The position numbers and the translations under genes were made by a program. From assembly GCA_964012805.1 (NCBI GenBank), contig CAXGUD010000007.1, forward strand, positions 32,001-96,000: a stretch of 64,000 bases of DNA, read 5' to 3'. Position 1 is the stretch's first letter. Each line of letters starts with the position of its first letter. The DNA is from an uncultured Bacteriovoracaceae bacterium. GTDB taxonomy: Bacteria; Bdellovibrionota; Bacteriovoracia; Bacteriovoracales; Bacteriovoracaceae. The notes beneath the pieces were generated by a model. The model saw only the letters and a program-made list of their open reading frames with translations. It was not told the DNA's origin and ran no database searches. Below, in pieces: positions 19,445-28,984 of the stretch.

Positions 19445-20392
19445 ATGGGAGAAGGTCAAATGATAGAAAAAAACACGAACTTGGAAGACGTTGTGTCTCT
19501 CATTAGTAAGAAGGTTGCAGAGAGGCTTAATGGTCAAATGACAGGAACAAATCCCTCAACGACTCATAAAATTGAAAAGAAGACTGAGGAAAGCGCAAAT
19601 GATTACAATCAAGAGCTAGCTTCAATGATTGATCACACTTTTTTAAAGCCTGAGGCTTCTAAATGCCAACTAGAGAAATTATGCGAAGAAGCAAGAGCTT
19701 ATAAGTTTGCTACAGTTTGTGTTAATTCTTGTAATATTCCTTTGGTAACAGAGCTTTTAAGAGGTTCTTCTGTTAAGCCTATTGCTGTTGTTGGTTTTCC
19801 TCTTGGAGCAGCGACGACACAATCAAAGGTCTTTGAATCAAAGGAAGCCATCAATCAGGGTGCAAGAGAGATTGATATGGTTGTTAACCTTGGGGCCCTA
19901 AAAAGCAAGGACTACGGGACAGTTTTTGAAGATATCAAGCAAGTTGTTGAAGCATCGGCTCCTTATCCAGTTAAAGTCATACTAGAGACTTCGAGTCTTA
20001 ATGATGAAGAAAAAGTCGTTGCTTGTGCTCTTTCAAAAACAGCGGGAGCTGCTTTTGTTAAAACTTCAACTGGTTTTGGTGGCGGCGGAGCAACTGTTGA
20101 CGACATTAAATTAATGAGGCGTATTGTTGGCAATTCAATCGGTGTTAAAGCTTCGGGTGGAGTCAGGACAACTCAAGACGCCAAAAATATGGTTGAAGCT
20201 GGAGCTAACAGAATTGGTGCTTCTTCAAGTATCTCTATTGTTAAGTTATCCTCTGATACAAGTAGTACAAAAGGCGGAAGAAAAACCTATGGCAAAAGAT
20301 ATGAGAGAAAACCTTATGTAAGAAGAGGATCTCGAGTCGTAGGATCTTCAACGATAGCGAAACCTCAAACTGGAAAAAGTGGGGGCTATTAG
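19445..20392 (+). CDS. deoC: Deoxyribose-phosphate aldolase with N-terminal encapsulation peptide and long basic C-terminal tail (start may be 19460)
   Basis: IDHTFLKP, VVGFPLGA, EIDMV, KVILET, FVKTSTGF, GVKASGGVR, RIGASS; N-terminal helix LEDVVSLISKKVAERL. Confidence 0.95.
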   Translation: MGEGQMIEKNTNLEDVVSLISKKVAERLNGQMTGTNPSTTHKIEKKTEESANDYNQELASMIDHTFLKPEASKCQLEKLCEEARAYKFATVCVNSCNIPLVTELLRGSSVKPIAVVGFPLGAATTQSKVFESKEAINQGAREIDMVVNLGALKSKDYGTVFEDIKQVVEASAPYPVKVILETSSLNDEEKVVACALSKTAGAAFVKTSTGFGGGGATVDDIKLMRRIVGNSIGVKASGGVRTTQDAKNMVEAGANRIGASSSISIVKLSSDTSSTKGGRKTYGKRYERKPYVRRGSRVVGSSTIAKPQTGKSGGY

Positions 20393-20506
20393 AATAAGTT
20401 CCAAATCTTTCAAAGAAATTAAGACGGATATTAAGTATTCAATATTAAAAACTAAATAATTAAATAATTACATAATTAAAATTTTAAGACTATTAGGGAG
20501 TAAAGA

Positions 20507-21157
20507 ATGTCAAAAGCGAATTTTGAATTGAGAACGTTAAGTTTTATAGACAGCCTTCAACCACAATTGGCCCAATATATGGCAAAGGATAATAGAGTTT
20601 ATGATCCTGAGGAGTATGATTCGGCCCTTTTTATTGAAATTGCCCCCGCCATGGAAATTCATGAAATGATTGATATTGCCCTCAAGTCAACAAGCTGTCG
20701 TCTTGGAACAGTTGTGACTGAGAGAGTTTTCGGCCTTATGGAAGTTCACCACAAAGATCAAGGTGAAGTAAGAGAAGCAGGCCACGCGATTCTTGAAGCG
20801 ACAGGCCTCACTGAAGGTGACCGCGCTGAAGTCAAAGTCATGTGTAATAAAATTATTAGAAGTATTGAGCAAGACCACTCCATTATGTTTACAGGGCTTT
20901 CCAGAGGAAACATGGTTCTTGCTGGTGAATCAGTCTTTATTATGGAAGTAACTCCAGCTGCTTACCTTTCCGCTGCTTGTAACGAAGCTTTAAAAGCTGC
21001 TGACGTTAAGCTTATTGATGTTAAGCCTTATGGTGCTTCTGGAAGGCTTATTATGAGTGGTGAAGAATCACAAATTGATTCAGCTGCTGAAGCTGCCAAT
21101 AAGCTTATTGCTAACTTAAACCAAATGAAAGAAACAGGCGGAAATCAATTAGGCTAG
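20507..21157 (+). CDS. Circularly permuted BMC-T (BMC-Tdp, CsoS1D/CcmP-like) shell protein
   Basis: ELRTLSFIDSLQPQLA, EIAPAMEI, VTERVFGLMEVH, EVTPAAY, ACNEALKAA, GASGRLIMSG. Confidence 0.92.
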   Translation: MSKANFELRTLSFIDSLQPQLAQYMAKDNRVYDPEEYDSALFIEIAPAMEIHEMIDIALKSTSCRLGTVVTERVFGLMEVHHKDQGEVREAGHAILEATGLTEGDRAEVKVMCNKIIRSIEQDHSIMFTGLSRGNMVLAGESVFIMEVTPAAYLSAACNEALKAADVKLIDVKPYGASGRLIMSGEESQIDSAAEAANKLIANLNQMKETGGNQLG

Positions 21158-21208
21158 AAAGGAAACCCTTTCACCGAGTCTTAAGTAAAGTTTATCAGGA
21201 ATAAAAAA

Positions 21209-21979
21209 ATGGGGAATCGGAGAGAATATATAATTAGAGGCATTGTTGATATTTGCAGTAAGCTTGATCAAAAAGGGTTTGTTGCAAATCATGATGGCAA
21301 CGTGACAGCTAAGTTTGAGGATGGTTTTCTCGCGACTCCTACAGCAGAGGCGAAAGCCGCTATTACTCCTGAGATGATTTTAGATCTTGATAAGGAAGGA
21401 AAAAAGACTGGTGGGATTGGGAAGCCTTTTAGTGAATTGAACCTCCACCTTGCTGCATATAATGAAAGGGAGGAAGCTCGGGCCGTTGTTCATGCTCACC
21501 CTCCCTTTGCAACAGCAAGAGGGCTTGTGGGAAAACCACTCGAAATTTCTCTTCCTGAAGCCGTTGTTTCCATTGGTCACATCATTCCCGTAGCTGATTA
21601 CTCCATGCCGGGTAGTGTTGCTAATGATCGAGTCGTGTGCGAAGCTTTAAGACAAAGTGATGTCTTCATGATTGCAGGCAATGGTGTTTTAAGTATTGGT
21701 AAAAACTTAGAAGAAGCCTATTTGAGAGTGGAACTTCTAGAACATGTGGCCAAGATTGATTTTTATGCTACTTCTATGGGACCAGTGATGACTTTGCCAG
21801 AAGCTGACCTTCAAAAGCTTTTAGAAAAAAGAGCAAAGCTTGGTTTAGGGCCTAAAGCTTCCAATCACGTTACGAAAAATATTTTGGAAAATTATGATCA
21901 AGAAAAAGATAATATTCAATTTGGTCAACTCCAGGATATTATTGCTAAGGAAGTAAACCGGTATCTTGAAAATTCTTAA
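21209..21979 (+). CDS. Class II aldolase/adducin family (FucA/RhaD-like) with C-terminal encapsulation peptide
   Basis: ANHDGNVTAK, ATPT, SELNLHLAAY, VVHAHPP; C-terminal helix QLQDIIAKEVNRYL. Confidence 0.88.
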   Translation: MGNRREYIIRGIVDICSKLDQKGFVANHDGNVTAKFEDGFLATPTAEAKAAITPEMILDLDKEGKKTGGIGKPFSELNLHLAAYNEREEARAVVHAHPPFATARGLVGKPLEISLPEAVVSIGHIIPVADYSMPGSVANDRVVCEALRQSDVFMIAGNGVLSIGKNLEEAYLRVELLEHVAKIDFYATSMGPVMTLPEADLQKLLEKRAKLGLGPKASNHVTKNILENYDQEKDNIQFGQLQDIIAKEVNRYLENS

Positions 21980-22008
21980 AACGACTTAGACCTATTGAGG
22001 AGTAACTT

Positions 22009-22770
22009 ATGAGAGTTCCTTTTATCGCAGGCAATTGGAAGATGAATATGACAATCGCTGAAGCGGTTGAACTAGTCAATGGCATTCAGATTGGATTGAA
22101 GTGGCCTGAAGAAGTGGACGTGGTGGTTGCTCCACCTTTTACTGCATTAAAAATGATTTCTGAGGTTTCAAAAGATAGTTATATAGCAGTTTCAGCCCAA
22201 AATATTCATCAAGAAGAAAATGGCGCCTATACCGGTGAAATAGCTGCTTCATTCGTGAAGGATGCGGGCGCAACTTATGCCATCATTGGTCACTCAGAGA
22301 GGCGTCAATACTTTGGTGAAACTGATGAGGTGGTTAATAAAAAAGTAAGAGTTGCTTTAAAGCATGAACTTAAGCCTATTGTTTGTGTTGGTGAAACATT
22401 AGAGCAGCGGGAAAAAGGTGATTTTTTCACAGTCATCGAAGAACAGCTTTCAAAAGGCTTAGAAGACCTGACAAAAGTTTTGGCCTCTGAGATCGTCATT
22501 GCTTACGAGCCAGTATGGGCCATTGGAACTGGGAAAGTGGCGACTCCAACTCAAGTTGAAGAAGTTCATGAGAAAATAAGAAATTTCCTTAAAAAGACTT
22601 TTTCTGATGAAGTGGGAGAGTCTGTTCGAATCCTCTATGGGGGAAGTGTAAAGCCTAGTAACAGCCAGGAAATTCTGGCCCTTCCAAATGTTGATGGAGC
22701 TCTTGTTGGGGGAGCGAGCTTGAAGGCGCCTGATTTTATAAATATAATAAAAAGCCTTCCGTCAAAGTAG
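22009..22770 (+). CDS. tpiA: Triosephosphate isomerase
   Basis: AGNWKMN, IIGHSERR, AYEPVWAIGTG, YGGSV, LVGGASL. Confidence 0.98.
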   Translation: MRVPFIAGNWKMNMTIAEAVELVNGIQIGLKWPEEVDVVVAPPFTALKMISEVSKDSYIAVSAQNIHQEENGAYTGEIAASFVKDAGATYAIIGHSERRQYFGETDEVVNKKVRVALKHELKPIVCVGETLEQREKGDFFTVIEEQLSKGLEDLTKVLASEIVIAYEPVWAIGTGKVATPTQVEEVHEKIRNFLKKTFSDEVGESVRILYGGSVKPSNSQEILALPNVDGALVGGASLKAPDFINIIKSLPSK

Positions 22771-22779
22771 TGATCTTTC

Positions 22780-22807
22780 TTTACAGTAGAGCTTTTTAAG
22801 GTAGAAT
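22780..22807 (+). promoter_or_regulatory. Candidate sigma70 promoter of fabI
   Basis: TTTACA-N16-TAGAAT. Confidence 0.45.
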
Positions 22808-22849
22808 TTTGCACACAAATCGTAATCTCTCTAACGGGAAGAGGTATCT

Positions 22850-23617
22850 ATGAAATTATTAGAAGGAAAGAAAGCGCTAATTCTAGGAATCGCAAATGAT
22901 AAGTCTATTGCTTGGGGCATTACCAAAGCTCTTAAGGAGCATGGTGCCCAAGTTGGTCTTTCATACCTTAATGAAAAGCTGAAAACTAGAGTTCAGCCAC
23001 TTGCTGACGAAGTAGGTGCCGACTTTACTTTTGAATTAGATGTCACAAATAATGATCATTATGACAATATGCGGAGAGAAGTTATTGAAAAATGGAAGAA
23101 TGTTGATATCGTGGTCCACTCGTTGGCCTTTGCAAACAGAGATGACTTAAGAAGAGACTTTTCTGAAACATCAAGAGAGGGCTTTGCTCTCGCTTGTGAC
23201 GTCTCAGCTTTTTCTCTCATTGGTGTTTCAAATGCCTTAAAAGACTTAATGAACCCAGGTTCATCGATTATCTCTATGACTTATCACGGAGCTCAGCAAG
23301 TTATTAGCGGTTACAATGTAATGGGTGTTGCTAAAGCTGCTCTTGAAGCATCTTCTCGCTACTTGGCTTCTGATTTAGGAAATAAAGGAATTAGAGTTAA
23401 CTGTATTTCAGCTGGCCCTATTAAAACCCTCGCTTCTTCAGCCGTAAAAAATATAAGCGGCTTTACAAAAGTTATTGAAGAGAAAGCACCTCTAAAAAGA
23501 AATGTGTCGCCAGAAGATATTGGTGGAGCTGCTGTTTACTTGTCCTCTCCTCTATCAACAAATGTAACTGGTCAAGTTATCTACGTAGATTCAGGAATTT
23601 CAATTATGGGGGCTTAA
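22850..23617 (+). CDS. fabI: Enoyl-ACP reductase
   Basis: GIANDKSIAWGI, VHSLAFA, YNVMGVAKAALE, ISAGPIKTLAS. Confidence 0.97.
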   Translation: MKLLEGKKALILGIANDKSIAWGITKALKEHGAQVGLSYLNEKLKTRVQPLADEVGADFTFELDVTNNDHYDNMRREVIEKWKNVDIVVHSLAFANRDDLRRDFSETSREGFALACDVSAFSLIGVSNALKDLMNPGSSIISMTYHGAQQVISGYNVMGVAKAALEASSRYLASDLGNKGIRVNCISAGPIKTLASSAVKNISGFTKVIEEKAPLKRNVSPEDIGGAAVYLSSPLSTNVTGQVIYVDSGISIMGA

Positions 23618-23654
23618 TGACTCCCATCTATTTCAAAGGCTGAAAACAAGTTTC

Positions 23655-25631
23655 TCAGTTTAAAATAGGTAATTCAATAAAGAAGGTTGTTCCTTGATTT
23701 ATTTTGGAGATCAAAGAAATTTTTCCACCAAGTCTTTCAACCTCTTCTTTAACTGCATCTAACCCAATACCTCTACCAGAGACGGTTGTAACTTCGTCTT
23801 TTGTAGAAAAGCCCGGGCTAAAAACCATTTTAATTATTTCTTCATCATTTAAGCTTTTTACTTCATCGCTAGATTGAATTTTTTTTTCAATAAGTTTACT
23901 TCTTATTATGTCTGGGTTTATTCCTCTCCCGTCATCCTTTATTGAGATAAAAATTGTTTCTTTAACTCTTTCTAAAGCAAATTTTACATTTCCATTTCGA
24001 GATTTGCCTTTTTCAATTCTCTCTTCTACTGTTTCTATTCCGTGATCGACCATGTTCCTAAAAATGTGAATTGAGGTATTTATAAAATTACTATATCTAT
24101 TTGTATTTACTTTAATCTCATCACCTGTAATTTCGAAATTGACAAACTTTCCTTGTTTTTCAGCCACTTCTTTAACAAGACTTTCATATCTTTTAAACTT
24201 TTCCTTTAAACTAACAAGTATATATTCTTGGTAAATAAATTCTTTAAGCTCTTCTACGGAATTGTTAGAACTGTTTAATTTTTCTAGCATGAGACTAGCT
24301 TGTATCGCATTACCTTCATCAGCAAGAAATTTACTGGCAGCCTCAATAATCAATTTATTTTCTTTAACAAAATTATTAAGAATTACGCGGAACTTATTTA
24401 TAAAAATGTCGATTTTTTTTAGATCCTTTTTAGAAATAGTTGTTTCTATTTTATTAATTATATTGGTAATTTTTTTTATTCCGTATTGTCCAAAACGGGC
24501 CTTGAGGGTATGAAATTTTCTAAAAATCTCATCAATATCCATTTCCTTAATTGTTGGGTAGGCTTCCAGAAGTTCATAGGTTTCATCAAGAAGTTCTAAA
24601 AATTCACTTGGGTTCTGAAGACAATTTTTTGTGAATATTGCTTTTTGTTTATCTAACTCTAGTTGATTTTCTAGTCTGATTTCTTTTGTTTTGTCTGTTG
24701 CAACGCAAATAATTTTATCAATTTCCCTTTTTGAATCTTTTACATAAATAGGCCTATATTCCAAGTCAATATAAGATCCATCATTGTTCTTGTAGAACTT
24801 TGGACCGAAACCTTTTAAATCTTTAAAAGATAAATGACCCTTCCAAACATTAATTAGCCAGCGTTCGTATATATCTAGGTTTTCTCCTTCTAAATTTATG
24901 ATATTATGAAATTTTTTACCAACAAGGTCTTCTTGAAAGAAACCTTTAGTAATTTCTGTAGCACCATCTTGAATAAATCCATTTTTATCTATTACCATGA
25001 AACCTTGACCGAGATTTTCCAAGAGACTTCTATTTTCCATTCTCTTTTTTTCAAGAATTTTTCTGTTAATATTAAAATTAGATTTTAGTTTTTTAACAAT
25101 TATAGATATAGGGTTTGTAAAAATAAGAAAGAAAAAACCCATTGAAAAGTAAAGATAATCTGACCACCCAAATTTATTTCCAATTAAAAAATAATAATTA
25201 ATAACATAAAAAAATACGTAAAAAAATTGAGAGAAAAACAGCCTTAATGGGCTAAAGCTCCCCAACATACTTCCATAGTAAATGCATAAACCTCCTAACC
25301 AAAAAAAAGTGTTAATGTGAGGCTCGTTGATACATAGGTTTACACATAATAATGAACCAAAGTTAACATTAAGATCTGCTAAAAATAAAAGAATACTTTT
25401 AAATTTCTTCTCACTCTTATAAATGAATGAAAAAAATAAATTTGTAAGGATTACAGATAAAGTTGTAAGAAATGCCCATAAAATATTGAGTTTTAATTCA
25501 GTAAATAATTTACTAAAAATTAATATAAATAAGAAAAGGAATCCCCAAAACCAAATCATGCCGATTAGAAAAAAACTTTTTTTCGAATCAACAATTGAAG
25601 ATTTTTTAACTTTTTTTGAAGTAGAAATCAT
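23655..25631 (-). CDS. Membrane-bound CheA-like histidine kinase (TM, PAS-like, HPt, HATPase; no CheW domain)
   Basis: About five hydrophobic segments; LLENLGQGF; IFRKFHTLKA; HIFRNMVDHGIE; DDGRGI; FSPGFST; SGRGIGL. Confidence 0.85.
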   Translation of the reverse strand: MISTSKKVKKSSIVDSKKSFFLIGMIWFWGFLFLFILIFSKLFTELKLNILWAFLTTLSVILTNLFFSFIYKSEKKFKSILLFLADLNVNFGSLLCVNLCINEPHINTFFWLGGLCIYYGSMLGSFSPLRLFFSQFFYVFFYVINYYFLIGNKFGWSDYLYFSMGFFFLIFTNPISIIVKKLKSNFNINRKILEKKRMENRSLLENLGQGFMVIDKNGFIQDGATEITKGFFQEDLVGKKFHNIINLEGENLDIYERWLINVWKGHLSFKDLKGFGPKFYKNNDGSYIDLEYRPIYVKDSKREIDKIICVATDKTKEIRLENQLELDKQKAIFTKNCLQNPSEFLELLDETYELLEAYPTIKEMDIDEIFRKFHTLKARFGQYGIKKITNIINKIETTISKKDLKKIDIFINKFRVILNNFVKENKLIIEAASKFLADEGNAIQASLMLEKLNSSNNSVEELKEFIYQEYILVSLKEKFKRYESLVKEVAEKQGKFVNFEITGDEIKVNTNRYSNFINTSIHIFRNMVDHGIETVEERIEKGKSRNGNVKFALERVKETIFISIKDDGRGINPDIIRSKLIEKKIQSSDEVKSLNDEEIIKMVFSPGFSTKDEVTTVSGRGIGLDAVKEEVERLGGKISLISKINQGTTFFIELPILN

Positions 25632-25676
25632 TATTTCTTTCTTTAATTAATTTATATTCACGGATTATTTAAATCA

Positions 25677-28600
25677 TTATCTCGACTTTCCAACACACCA
25701 TCCATGAATACTACACTTTCTAGCCCCATCACATTCGCAGTCATTTGCGCATTGATTTGATCCACGTTTATTTTTCGCCTCATCATGATAGTAATTTTTT
25801 GATGTACAGCTTGGAGGTTTTGGCTTTGGTTTAGGCTTCGGTTTCCGAGCTTCTCCTTGACACCATTTCCACGGAGAGCAAGTTCTTTTCCCATCACATT
25901 CACAGTCATTATCACATTGATTCGGCCCTCTTTTATTTGATGACTCATTATGTTTATAATCAGGACTTTTACAGTTCTTAGGATTAGGCTTAGGCTTAGG
26001 CTTAGGCTTTAGTTTATCCTTTTCTTTTGGTTTCCGGGCTTCACCTTCACACCATCCCCAAGGGGAACAGGTCCTCTTTCCATCACATTCGCAATTATTG
26101 TTGCATTGATTAGGGCCCTTTTTATTTTTAGCTTCATCATGCTTATAGTTAGGACTTTTACAGTTTATGGGTTCAGGCTTAGGCTTAGGTTTTGGTTTTG
26201 GTTTTGGTTTTGGTTCCCTTGCCTCCCCTTCACACCAGTTATAAGGAGAACATGTCCTCTTACCGTCGCAATCGCAATCATTATCACAACGGTTTGAACC
26301 TTTTTTATTTTTAGCTTCATCATGTTTATAGTCTGGGCTCTTACAGTTTACTGGCTCAGGTTTTGGCTTAGTTTCCGGTTTAGGTTTAGGCTCTCGTGCT
26401 TCCCCTTCACACCAATTATAGGGAGAACACGTTCTTTTTCCGTCACAATCGCAGTCATTATCACAACGATTTGAGCCTTTTTTATTTTTAGCTTCGTCAT
26501 GTTTATAGTCTGGACTCTTACAGTTTATAGGTTCTGGCTTCGGCTTTGGCTTTGGCTTTGGTTTAGGTTTAGGATCTCTTGCTTCACCTTCACACCAATT
26601 CCATACAGAGCAAGTCCTCTTTCCATCACATTGACAATCATTACTACAAGTATTCGGACCTGATGGATTTTTTGATTCATCCACATTGTAATTGGGATCA
26701 GTACATGAAAGATCTTTATCAACATTGATATTTTTATTGGGATCAGTTTCTTCCTTAGTATCTAGTGGTAAAATTTCAGACCGACCTATAAAAGGACCCT
26801 TATGATAGAGGTTATAATTTAAATCGTGAAAGAATCTTTCTCCATCGCTATTATTAAATATTCCTACGAAAAAATTATCTGAATCAACTAAAAGAGTTGT
26901 TTCTAAATTTACCATACCTCCTGATGAGGTTTGTATAGTTTTTTGTGTCGTCCAGGTTTGACCATCACTACTTGTTGCAAGTGAAACTTTATAGACTTGG
27001 CTTTGATTTGTCGTTTGATTCGTTTCTTGATTTTTAACTTTTATTAAGCGGTTACTGGCAGTTGCAAAGAAGTTAAAATGATAAAGGCCTTGCATTTTAA
27101 AAAGGTGAATTGAGTTTTTATAATTTCCATATTGACTTTGAACCTTTCTGGAAAGACCAAAAGGGAACGTATTTTTTATATTTTCACCACCTATGGGAAG
27201 AAGATGACCCTTCAAAACTTTCCCATTATTAATTCCTAAAATCTTCTCACAAGTTCCGATTCTATGGTGTCCATAACCAGATCCCACAGGGCTACATTTT
27301 CCTTCATATTTAGCTGGGCATTTTGGGTAGGCACATCCAACAAACCCTGTTTCCTTTAAATTAACTCCTGTCTGCATCTGTCCATTAAAAAAACAGCTCT
27401 CACATTTATTTTGGCAGGCGATGTTTATACCACCAAATTTGGGTTCAAGGCAGGTCGTGAGTCCTACATTGGAGGTAGGATTATCTCTATGGATGAAGTA
27501 TAAGACCTTAGTTTGTTTTATTTTCGTTACCTCTTTAACCCTATTTTCAAACCATTCTTTAGAAATAGGCTGATCTTCTCTTTCCGGAAAAGCAAGAGAT
27601 GAAAGGTTATATCCTCCAAGGAAAATAGTCCCATTGACTTTTAAATTACCATCAACTTCCAGTTTCTCACTACCAGACTTTGGAATTCCAAATGATACAC
27701 CGGGTTTTATTTGAAAAGAGTTTTCATTACCCATTTTAATTTTTTCTCTTAAGCCTCTTGGCGAGACTGTTTCAAAATACCCTCCTCTTAAAAGGTAGAA
27801 CTGGTCATCTTGATTTGTTTGGAAATCTGAAAAAAGTGAGAGAGTTTCACTTTGTTCTTGAATATCAATGCCAATTTTTAGATCTAAATTTTTTCTTGCT
27901 TCTTTTTCACTTTCAGAATCTAATCCACCCCTTTTTAATGAAATCTTAGGTATCGAACTGAAGCTTCCGCCTTGTTCATCATTAATTAAAATATTTTTTG
28001 GGCTTCCTTTTAAAATTTTAATTCTTTTTATAGAGGCATCAGATTTAAAGTGTTTATCAGTAAGAGAAGATTTTAAAATATGATAAGTTTCAACGGCTCC
28101 TTCAGAAATTTTTGAAAGAGTAATCGATCCATTTTGTATTTTACTATTTGTAACAGAGTCGTTTTTAAGATTATTACCTGATATTGATCCAGTATTTATT
28201 TTGCTTGAATCAATGGCATTATTTTCAATATCTTTAACTTTAATTTCCAATATTTTAGGTTGCCACTTCTTTATGGATAAATTAAAGGATAAAATAGACT
28301 GGCAGTCATCATTACATTCGGCTTGATCCTTTTCTTCTTCTTTGAGGGGAAGAGTATCAGAAAAATCAAGGAGTTTGGAGGTCTCTTTTTCTATTTGCTC
28401 GAAGCTATAATCACCTTTTTGAGGTAAAATGGTGCCCTCTCTTCCCATAAAATTGGAAACTTTACCTGTATTTTCTATTTTTTGCCATTTTTTACCGTCT
28501 GAAATGGCCCAGTCTCCTTCATACCAGTTCTCTTTTTTATCTCTATCTAAAACTGATGCTTTACCAGATTTTGTAACAATAAAGTAATGACCACGGGGAG

Positions 28601-28979
28601 GGGGATCTTCCAAACCTCCAGGTGACCTAGATTTTTCTATATTCCAATTACCCCTTAGTTTAAGTCCACTCAAAGGAGAAGATATCCATTTTTTATTGTA
28701 AAACTTAAGAAGATTTCCATCATTTATTTGAAACCCTGATAAGTTATCTTTTGATAAAGAATTATTCTTAATTTTTTCTATTGTAATAGAATTGTCAGTA
28801 AAGGATCTTCCATCTACGGAATTATTTCTAATATTGGGAATTATGATTGAAAAATTATTTTGAGTGTAACAATCAATTGAAAATAAAAATAATATAATGA
28901 ACGATATGGGGCACCTTAATCTTTTGATAAGATTAATAATTTTTAATTTATGAATAAATTGACTAATTTTAAGTCCCAT
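25677..28979 (-). CDS. Phage-tail-fibre-like surface protein with C1q-like head and C-terminal Cys-rich repeats
   Basis: SITxxKI repeats, WYEGDWAISDG, GREGTILPQKGDYS, EKLEVDGNLKV, GLYHFNF; six 6-Cys modules at the C-terminus. Confidence 0.65.
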   Translation of the reverse strand: MGLKISQFIHKLKIINLIKRLRCPISFIILFLFSIDCYTQNNFSIIIPNIRNNSVDGRSFTDNSITIEKIKNNSLSKDNLSGFQINDGNLLKFYNKKWISSPLSGLKLRGNWNIEKSRSPGGLEDPPPRGHYFIVTKSGKASVLDRDKKENWYEGDWAISDGKKWQKIENTGKVSNFMGREGTILPQKGDYSFEQIEKETSKLLDFSDTLPLKEEEKDQAECNDDCQSILSFNLSIKKWQPKILEIKVKDIENNAIDSSKINTGSISGNNLKNDSVTNSKIQNGSITLSKISEGAVETYHILKSSLTDKHFKSDASIKRIKILKGSPKNILINDEQGGSFSSIPKISLKRGGLDSESEKEARKNLDLKIGIDIQEQSETLSLFSDFQTNQDDQFYLLRGGYFETVSPRGLREKIKMGNENSFQIKPGVSFGIPKSGSEKLEVDGNLKVNGTIFLGGYNLSSLAFPEREDQPISKEWFENRVKEVTKIKQTKVLYFIHRDNPTSNVGLTTCLEPKFGGINIACQNKCESCFFNGQMQTGVNLKETGFVGCAYPKCPAKYEGKCSPVGSGYGHHRIGTCEKILGINNGKVLKGHLLPIGGENIKNTFPFGLSRKVQSQYGNYKNSIHLFKMQGLYHFNFFATASNRLIKVKNQETNQTTNQSQVYKVSLATSSDGQTWTTQKTIQTSSGGMVNLETTLLVDSDNFFVGIFNNSDGERFFHDLNYNLYHKGPFIGRSEILPLDTKEETDPNKNINVDKDLSCTDPNYNVDESKNPSGPNTCSNDCQCDGKRTCSVWNWCEGEARDPKPKPKPKPKPKPEPINCKSPDYKHDEAKNKKGSNRCDNDCDCDGKRTCSPYNWCEGEAREPKPKPETKPKPEPVNCKSPDYKHDEAKNKKGSNRCDNDCDCDGKRTCSPYNWCEGEAREPKPKPKPKPKPKPEPINCKSPNYKHDEAKNKKGPNQCNNNCECDGKRTCSPWGWCEGEARKPKEKDKLKPKPKPKPNPKNCKSPDYKHNESSNKRGPNQCDNDCECDGKRTCSPWKWCQGEARKPKPKPKPKPPSCTSKNYYHDEAKNKRGSNQCANDCECDGARKCSIHGWCVGKSR
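25680..26705 (-). repeat. Six tandem ~43-aa six-cysteine modules separated by (KP)n linkers
   Basis: Consensus C-x4-Y-x-(H/V)-(D/N)-E-x-(K/S)-N-x2-G-x-N-x-C-x-N-(D/N)-C-x-CDG-x-R-x-CS-x3-W-C-x-G-x-(A/S)-R; linkers PKPKPKP. Confidence 0.95.
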
Positions 28980-28984
28980 AAAAA

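Noticed and set aside
14492..22770. Ethanolamine or propanediol utilisation (EUT/PDU) locus, or carboxysome
   Set aside because: No EutBC, PduCDE, glycyl radical enzyme or RuBisCO; eut/pdu names here reflect family homology only.
25800..26580. Regularly spaced DNA repeats resembling a CRISPR array
   Set aside because: They are in-frame coding repeats (Cys modules and KP linkers) with synonymous divergence. There are no identical 23-47 bp repeats with unique spacers and no cas genes.
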